From: Paraspadella gotoi
Lineage: Eukaryota; Animalia; Chaetognatha
Direction of reading: 5' to 3'
Length of the DNA stretch: 64,000 nt
Assembly (NCBI GenBank): GCA_051294375.1
Contig: CM119267.1
Location: forward strand, 16,315,375 to 16,379,374
A program made the translations under genes and the position numbers. Positions 8,985-64,000 of the stretch are shown here, one piece after another. The notes under the pieces were generated by a model. That model ran no database searches. It was not told the DNA's origin and worked only from the letters and a program-made list of their open reading frames with translations. Position 1 is the first letter of the stretch. Every line of letters begins with the position of its first letter.

Positions 8985-11900
8985 ATGAAAACGAAATACG
9001 AAGAGAACCTGAAATGTCGGGACATGGAGAGAGTCCGCGTCGTCAAGTACATCGTCCGCGACAGCATCAAGCAAAATTCCTTCGATTCGGAATACGTCGT
9101 CGGCGAGGAGATCTTCGACGGCGTCCGTCCATCTTGCTTTCCCTTTCCGGATCTGCCACCTTTGCCGACGGAGCCGTCGCCGGGGTGATGCTCCTCGATT
9201 ATTTTTTTTTTCTTCGACCACTCTGAACCCATTTTTTTCCCCCTTTGTCTTTTGTTTCCTTTCCTTCTTTTACATTCCCTGGTAAATCTTTCTCAATGTT
9301 TTAGTTACGGAAACCATGTTACAGTTTTCTAGAAATAATGGCGGCCAAGCTTCGAGCCGAAGAAGAGGGAGAGGGAGGGGAGGGTGAAGGAATAGCGAAG
9401 GAGACGGCGCCGGAAGGAGAAGAGGGCGGATTCGAGTCGGACGAGGAGCCCAACGTCTATGACGAGTTCGATATGGAAGGTGTGACTGGCTTAGAATTAT
9501 ATTGATTGCTTATTCATATAATCATTTATTTATTTATTCATTTGCTTAATTATTCATTTACTTGTCTTAATCGAAAGAGAATGAGAAAACAAATGAACAC
9601 CGTTTTTCCGTCGGCGTGTTTCTCCGCAGAAGGGGAAGGAGAGGGAGAGGGAGAAGGTGAAGAAATCGAAGTAGATTTCGAAGAAGCGAAAGGGTCGATC
9701 GTATCTTTCAAAAAGCCTCTCCTCAAAATCGTGTCGCGTCACATGTGCATGAAGAGAGTCCACGTTAACGACATCCCCGACTGCAGGTTCTTTCCTCTTT
9801 GTCCTTCGTTCCTTCGTTCGGGTAAGGCAAGCCCCCCCCCCACTGATTCTTCCAAGATGTCGACACGACAAGTTCTTCGCGGTGAAGCGCCTCTACAAAC
9901 GAACCGACGTTCGTCTGAGACCGACCGAGGTCTTCCAAGTCTGGCGTCTCGTTCATCCGCATCTCGTTCGCGTCCACGAAGTCTTCGAAGACAAGTTTTG
10001 GATCTTCATCGTCGAGGACCTCGTCGACAGCGTGGACATCATTAGCATGCTCAAAGGTTCCGGGGATTTCTATTGGTCGACAAAGGGAAATAGAAGGAAA
10101 CGAAAAAAAGTATAAATAAATTATCGAATTACAGATAAAATAATATCTAATTACAGATCAAATCATATAAAAATACAGATGAAAATGTAGATCAGAGAAG
10201 GGGAACAAAGAGACTTTTTTTTCTGTCTATACACGTTGTTGCAAACTATATGTTACAAACCATAATCAGTAACAACTCCGAGCCGCCTTTTTGTACTGTC
10301 GAGATAACACCGTCTCGTTTTCAACGGATAATATCTCGAGACCTTTTCGAGTCGGTCCCATTTTCTTCTTGGTCGTCAGAGGTAGACACCCTTTCTGAGA
10401 AGTACGTGGCAGCGTTAACGCGGCAGATGCTGCTCGGTCTGAAGGCGATGCACGACGTGGGCGTGGTTCACCTCAACCTCACCCCGATGAACGTGATCTT
10501 CGATCGCGAGTGGGATCGACTCAGGATCGCCGACATCTGCGTTCATCAGCTCGTGGGGGAGCAATCGTGGAGAAGAACCATCAAACGGTTTCCAGGTTAA
10601 GAATTGGAGAGGGATTTTCAGAGCTGCTGTTAAATCTAGTTTATGAAATTGGTACAACCAATGTAATTTCAATCGATATAATCATGAAATTGATAATTTA
10701 CTTGTCTTACGTACTAAAATTAAGATAGAAATATAAAAAAGTAATGAATTTAATTATCAAATTTATTTTACAAATTGATAAAGGGGAGAGGGATTAAGAT
10801 TATATGATTGTGTGTGTGTGAGAAAGAGAGAGAGAGAGAGAGAGAGTACGTGTGTGTTTGTCAATTTGTACAGGTAAAAAAATAAAATCATCTGTTGGCA
10901 AAAATGACAAATACAACGAAAGTTAGATGTATACGGAGAACAACTCAATAAGATCTTCTTGTGATTTCCAACCTACTTACTTCTTTGATATTTTTGCTTT
11001 TTTCATTAGGTATTGCATAATTCATATATATCTTGTACTACTGAATAAAAATATCCGAATCGAGAAATCCCACGACATTTTTTTCTTCTGATTTTTTGAC
11101 ATGATATTTTTACGTATAAGTTACAAGCAATGAATGAGACGATGCTGGATGATTGCTCCATGATGAAAACGTCCTAGAAATTTGTAGAATACAAACTGAA
11201 AGTCCCGAAAATGAAGGAGAAAAGAAATATGATGTGCTTCTGATAGCTTTTAACTGAACCAAACATCCTTTCCATTTCCATTGTGCAGTCCACGTTTTTG
11301 GTGGTGTGTGTTGAATAGTCTTTTATAATCACGTTTTATACAATCAACGTTTTTTTTTGGTGGGGGGCGGATTGTTGAATGGTCTTTTATATCCTTTTTA
11401 TACCGTTCACGCTTTTGGTGGTTATTGTTAAAAATTCTTTTATATCGCTGTTTAAAGAAAGAGAGACACTACTAGCCTCAATATCTATTGTCTACTATCC
11501 ATACAATAGTACTGTTAATGTATTTTTGGACTTGATAAACATTCTTTTATCTTTTAAATAAAGAAAGTGTAAAACTAATAATTTTATTATTTATAATCAA
11601 CATCGGTAACTGAATATTATCAGTTAAGAAAAGGGCAGTGGAGAGAAACTCCCACGGAACACAACAGTTGCCAACTCATCCATCATAAATGGAGGTTTAA
11701 ATCTGTTTTGTTTCAGACAGTACACCTTTTGTTAAAATCCAGGTTTAACTTTAATATTTTGTCGATTGTTTTCCGAATCGACGGTAATATATTTTAAACG
11801 TGACCGTTGTCATCAGGGTTTTTCCCCGCCGGAAATGATGACGGCTCCGTGTTCGGGCCTTCCGTCTCTGGACATGTGGGCTGTGGGAATAATCGTCTAC

Positions 11901-12611
11901 ATGATGGTCACTCTGGGAAAGCAACCCTTTTTGAAGGACGAGGAGGTAAGTGAACTGTATCTCAATAATATTAAAAGTAATGTAATTCGTTATTTACGAT
12001 CTGTAATTCTTAACAACGGTTCACAACCTAACATCATTCCAGTACTAAATCCGAACGGAATTAATTACAATCATTGCGAAATAATTTCCACCGCCAGAGA
12101 CAGTGGATTACAAAGCGATAATGCGGGGCAAGGTGGATTGGAGGGACGTTAGGGTGTCGAGATCCGGCAAGGACTTCATCTCCAAACTGCTCGTCCCGGA
12201 TCCGAAGGCCAGAATGACGGTGGTGGAGGCGCTGCGACATCCTTGGCAGCAGCTCAAGCGGCGCGACCGTTCGGACATCTACCTCAAGATCGCAGGTTTC
12301 GTTTCGCTGTTATTATAGAGAAAACTCGAATCCACACGAAACGTAACCGAATCAAAACAAAACAAACAAAAAAACATTTCAGAGCTCCCGCCCGAAGAAG
12401 GAGAGGGGGAAGAGGAAGAGCCGGACAACTGCGGTTGCGACATCTCGGGTCAGGAGGACTTCGACGACGAGTTCGACTCGGACGAGGAATCCTGTCATTG
12501 CGACGAACCGCCTTGGGACGAGATCGTGCGGATCGGTGGCGGCGGTTCGGTCTATTGTTTAGTCTCTTAATCTTTACTAGTCTGGTTGTCTGTCTTTCGT
12601 GCTAATTTTTT

Positions 12612-12704
<93 letters not shown>

Positions 12705-15293
12705 TTTTTAAACAAATTAAATCAAGTCCAAATCCCCGTTGGTCCAGGCATCAACGGTCTCAACAACGTCGGAGTTCGCCTTTTGAAGGATGCCCTCAAG
12801 ATGGGTCACATTCAAGTGGCGGCGGTCAACGACGCCAGCGTCGGGACCGACATCGACTATTTGCTCTATTTGGTCACATCTGGTCAGCGCGTTTCTTCCG
12901 TATAATTAATAAATTCAAAAATAAATTCACGGATTGTCCGTCGAATCGTAGATTCTACGAGGGGCCCGGCTCGACACGTGAACGCCACCTACGAAGATTC
13001 TCATCTCGTCGTTCCAGTCGGACTCGGGACAGGAAAGCAGTTGAAGGTATAAGCGTAATCGATTAGATATCGTATAAGCTATTAGATANNNNNNNNNNAT
13101 CTCGTCGTTCCAGTTGGACTCGGGACAGGAAAGCAGTTGAAGGTATTAGCGTAATCGATTAGTTATCGTATAAGCTATTAGTTATATTATTATTACTGTT
13201 TGTTTAGTTAAATTAAAAGTTAATATCGAATTAGGTCTACTCGATGAACGCTTCGACGCCGGTCCCGTGGAAGGCGGCCGGCGTGGAATACGTCTTCGAA
13301 TGCGAGGGCGCCGCCGAAGGCGTCCTGGAGAACCACTTCAAGGGGGGCGCCAAACGAGTCATCGTCTTGGGCCCCAACTCGGAAAAGTTTCCCAACATCG
13401 TCGTCGGATACAACGACGACGAATACAATCGGAAACTCAAGGTTGACTTTTTGCGTTTTTCTTTCCCTTGTTTGGTTTCTTCCCCCTATTTTTTTTTTAT
13501 TATTTTATCATTTTTTTTTGGTATCCTTTGATCATTTTTCTTTTCCTTAATCTCCCTTTTCAATCTCCGTTTCTTACTTTCTCCCATCCATTACTTCTTT
13601 TCTCGATCCCCGCCCATTCAAGATCGTCGGATCCCCCGAAGGCGGAGTCTTCTGTCTCCTTCCTCTGCTCAAGATTCTCCACGAGACTTACGGCGTCCAC
13701 CAAGTCTTGGCCACCGAAATCAGGCCCTTTTCGGAGAGGTTCATCACTGTCGACGGTCCATCCAAGTAGGCGCGATCGATGAGAGTTTTGCAGTTGCGGT
13801 CCGAAGATTTATGGGCAATTTTTGTCAGGAATTTAAAAAAAAAAAAATTTCACCGACAATCAGGAGCAAATGGTGGAGGGAAGGACGCGGTTCCGGCCAG
13901 AATATGATCCCGACTCCCAACAGCGCTGGAAAAGTCATTGGAGAAGTCTTTAAGAAGCTCAAAGGTGAGTTGTCAAATTAAAGGAATGGAAAAGTATGAC
14001 AATTTAATAGTAATGAAAAAAAGTTTTTTGTTATCAATCTAGAATCAACCGACCAATAAAGCAAGCAATGTCAATGCCAAGGAACAAATGAATAAAAAAA
14101 ACTCATCGCCAATTCCAGGAAAAGTCGAATCGATCTCGATTTCCGTCCCGGCGACGGAAGTTACGGCGATGGACGCCACGTTCGTGCTGAGCAACGGCGC
14201 CGAGTGGCACCACCTCAAGGAGACGCTGGCGTTGGAGGTGGCCAAGGAAAAATATCAAGACGTCATCTACCTCAGCGAACACGAGTTGGTATCCACGGTG
14301 AGCGATTGGGAGTGCGTGGCGGTTGCTGTGGGTAGATGAGATCTGAGACATCTGAGATTCTTCTTAAACAAGTGTCTTGGCGTAGGACTTTCGGGACGAA
14401 ACGCACGCCTGCGTGTTGGACATGGAAGCCAGCCTCGCGATAAGTAAGACTGCATTGATTTATTGATTTTTTTTCTCTTTTCTCGTCGATTATGGATTAT
14501 CGATTATCCACAAGTTCCCTATTTTCATGAACGACAGTCCGTCTTTCCCTCGATCAGTACATTTCATTCCCCTCCGTTTACAATTTTCAGACGACACATT
14601 CTTCAAGCTCGTCGGATGGTTCAACCATCTCGGCGTCTGTTGCCGCGGCGCCTTGGACTTGGCCACCCGGATGGCGCACATCGACAAGAGAAACGTCAAA
14701 CTTGCCGACACGGGTCCAACGGCGGGTCAAAGGTCGATAGGGGTTTTATGTTGTTGTATCTGTTTCTCTTTGACTAAAAAATACTTCATTGTGTCTTTGT
14801 CTTTACAAAATCTTTATTTTCTTAAAGAACGGCAGATGTCACTTCTCCTTAAACATTTCACTCAATAAAAGAACATCGAACTTTTTCCAAAACTTTGTCA
14901 AAGCCTTTGTCTTACGAAACACTACAAAACGATTCATACTTCTACGATTTCTCCTGATCCTCGGAGCTTCTGTATCGACCCTTTAATCCGTTTAATAACT
15001 TATTTCGAAGATTGTACGACACCCTCGCTCTGACCGACCCGAAGAAGCGGAGTAAAGGCTATAGCTACGATCAAGGAGCCATAGTTATCGCGCGGGAATT
15101 GGCGAAAAAGGAGGCGGCCAAAAAAAAGCCCACGGACATTCGGGCCCCGATGAAGAAACCGTCGCAGCCGCTTCCGCAGCCGCCGCCGCCGCGGACCAGT
15201 GCCCCCGCCGCCATATTAACCGGAGAGTTCGGTTTTAAACCGGTGGAGATTCCCGAACCCGTGCCGGAGGAGGGCGCGGAAGTAGGGACGTGA
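8985..15293 (+). CDS. Predicted pseudokinase-pseudoGAPDH fusion protein, 18 exons, ~910 aa
   Basis: Manual exons: 8985-9122, 9305-9479, 9630-9786, 9857-10056, 10380-10595, 11717-11742, 11817-11945, ~12100-12295, 12383-12535, 12748-12882, 12952-13046, 13235-13441, 13623-13765, 13864-13964, 14119-14297, 14386-14443, 14591-14732, 15011-15293. Total 2733 nt, divisible by 3, no internal stops, all GT-AG. Kinase motifs: FAVKRL, HPHLVRVHEVFE, VVHLNLTPMNV, RIADIC, SPPE, DMWAVGII, KDFISKLLVPDPKARMTVVEALRHPW. GAPDH motifs: VRIGING, VAAVND, DSTRG, GGAKRVI, TVDGPS, WREGRG, FFKLVGWF. The exon 7/8 junction is ambiguous by a few nt. Confidence 0.78.
11717..11742 (+). other. 26-nt micro-exon in the kinase activation segment (D-STPFVKIQ)
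   Basis: Flanked by ctgttttgtttcag and gtttaa. It converts the phase-1 donor at 10596 to the phase-0 acceptor at 11816. Without it the kinase frame breaks. Confidence 0.65.
13003..13185. repeat. ~86-bp direct duplication either side of a 10-N gap (unmerged contig overlap)
   Basis: 13003-13088 recurs at 13099-~13185 with a few substitutions, and Ns at 13089-13098 separate the copies. Confidence 0.85.
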
Positions 15294-16580
15294 AAATAGT
15301 TAACTCTCGTTATGATAATTTCTTCCTAAAGTTGTCTTTTTTGGATGTATAATTGTAATTGAGTATAATATCTTTTTTTATGAATATAGTCATTAAGATT
15401 ACTGTCTTTTCATTAAATTAACGAAAAACTAGGCGATCGTCACAGATAGGATTCTATTTCAAACGTATTTACAGTCGGTATACACTGTATACAGCTCCAA
15501 TTCTCCTTGATATACATAGTATACAGTAGGAGGGGCAACAAAAAGCAACAAAGGATCAGGTTGTTTAACTATACACTGAATCACACAAATTGACACATAA
15601 ATAATAAGATAAAATATCCTAATTAGCAAGGACGTTATTTACAAAATACATTTAGTACGTAATCGACAAGAAAAAAACAGTGTGTTCCAGATAAGTTAAT
15701 TCTCCGTACGTTTAAGTACAAATAGTTAATTAAGACATAAACGTTCGATTTTTCCCCAATGACTATGCTAACTGCCGAATTAAAAAATTTGTTTCGAAAT
15801 AGATAAATTGTTGATATGCCAAACACAGGTTTGGTATACTAAGCTAAGGGTTTTTTTCGGGTGTTAACGAATGAGTTTTTTTTTTTTTAAATAATTACAA
15901 AGGGCACCATGGATTCGTTAATTTTTTTTTTGTAAACAGAGAGTGAGAAAGGTACCTAGAAGGACATTCGATTAACTGCAAAAAAGAGAACGTGCCAAAA
16001 TAAAATTTCATATTAGGCACGAGAAAGTTGGTCATGAAAATTGGTCGAATACAACGCTCTTCGAGAGGCGTATCAATAAAAGTCAAATAAAAACGTGAAG
16101 GAGGTTTTGTTTTTTTATCTCTTAACATGTGGTGTGTCGAAGGAGGCGGTAGAAAAAGAAAACAAGAGGTGCAGTATCGTAGTAAACAATGGGGTGAAAA
16201 TGGGAGCGATCGAAATCATCATGAGAGGCGTTAATGTTGTTTTACATCGATTGTTTTTGTTTTTTAATGAGATTCATATGGCAACGAGCAAAAAAGAAGC
16301 AAAACGAACCATTTTGTCTAAAATTTGTTATAAATTCCGTCGCAAGTTACGAAAAAATACGCAAACATTTGAAACAAGAAAAATAATGCTGTGAACGAAG
16401 AAGGGTGGAGGGGGCGTTTGTTGGTTTTTATTTTATTTCATTTATTTTTTTTATTTTTTTTTTTTTTTTGAAAAACGAGGGAGATGGGAAAGTTAACTTC
16501 CGGAATCACAAATGACAGGAGTAACTCAATTGGAAAAAGGAAAAAAAAAAAGAAGCTAAGAAAAAAAGAAATCTAACTCC

Positions 16581-63451
<46,871 letters not shown>

Positions 63452-64000
63452 CTGTTAGCAAAAGGTGCAACGTTAAGAAAAAAAAATAAATCGCGAAACG
63501 AAATATAAAATGAAGGCAATTAATGTGCAAAAATTAAATAAAATTTAAAAAAAAATGTTGTAACGAGGGAGGCCGAGCTATTATTTGTCAAGAAGGCTTT
63601 TTGTTTGGTAGAGTACATTCGGTGTCAGCGCGGGAAAAGACTTTGAGAAAAGAAAAACGAAACTGATAAATACAACATAAAACGTCGATTGTAAATAATA
63701 TATTTAAATAATGATTAACTTTTTAGTTTCGTTTGTCTCTCTCCATCTCCAGTAACCGTCAAGATGCATAACTTAAAGGGCGAACGGCGAGAACGGCCAT
63801 AAAGATAAAGGCGATATAACGAGAACGGCGATAAACAACGAGGTTGTCGAAAAGCGAAATATCGCAGCGGGAAGTCAACCGCTTCTAACTCTTAATGCCT
63901 TTTTTTTTTTAAGGTTTTAATTCGCTTTTACCTACTTTTCGCATCGGCTCATATCAAATGTAATTTTAAAATCCCCTCTCGTTTTTCAATTGGGGGGGGG

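Noticed and set aside
8985-9188. Independent 67-aa small protein
   Set aside because: Better explained as exon 1 of the fusion gene: a donor gtccgt at 9123 joins in phase to the acceptor at 9304, and the peptide resembles a kinase beta-1 start.
13099-13185. Tandem or alternative copy of GAPDH-like exon 11
   Set aside because: It abuts a 10-N gap, lacks its own visible acceptor and differs by only a few substitutions, so it is probably an unmerged haplotype overlap.
12748-14732. Ordinary glycolytic GAPDH gene, or a decayed GAPDH pseudogene
   Set aside because: Catalytic Cys/His and phosphate-binding residues are replaced and there is no start codon of its own. Yet all exons splice in frame with no stops, and introns are present, so it is neither a normal enzyme nor a processed or decayed pseudogene.

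Overview
Eukaryotic (animal, probably invertebrate) genomic DNA with GT-AG introns; no prokaryotic elements, CRISPR arrays or RNA genes were recognised. The first 15.3 kb holds five tightly packed + strand genes: intronless PTGES2, PAIP1, an atypical Jun-like bZIP, a HHAT/Rasp-type MBOAT acyltransferase, and an 18-exon, ~910-aa gene. That last gene is the main finding. By my manual splice reconstruction it fuses a CAMK-group pseudokinase (HLN instead of HxD, DIC instead of DFG, acidic insert in place of the Gly-loop) to a full-length GAPDH-like domain lacking its catalytic Cys and His. From 16.6 kb to at least 63.4 kb the - strand carries one teneurin gene. Its middle (25.8-58 kb) occurs as about four indel-ridden direct copies plus one inverted copy, separated by 25-N gaps, which is most likely a long-read gap-filling artefact. 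All exon models are manual and lack transcript support. Family assignments come from remembered motifs, not database searches.
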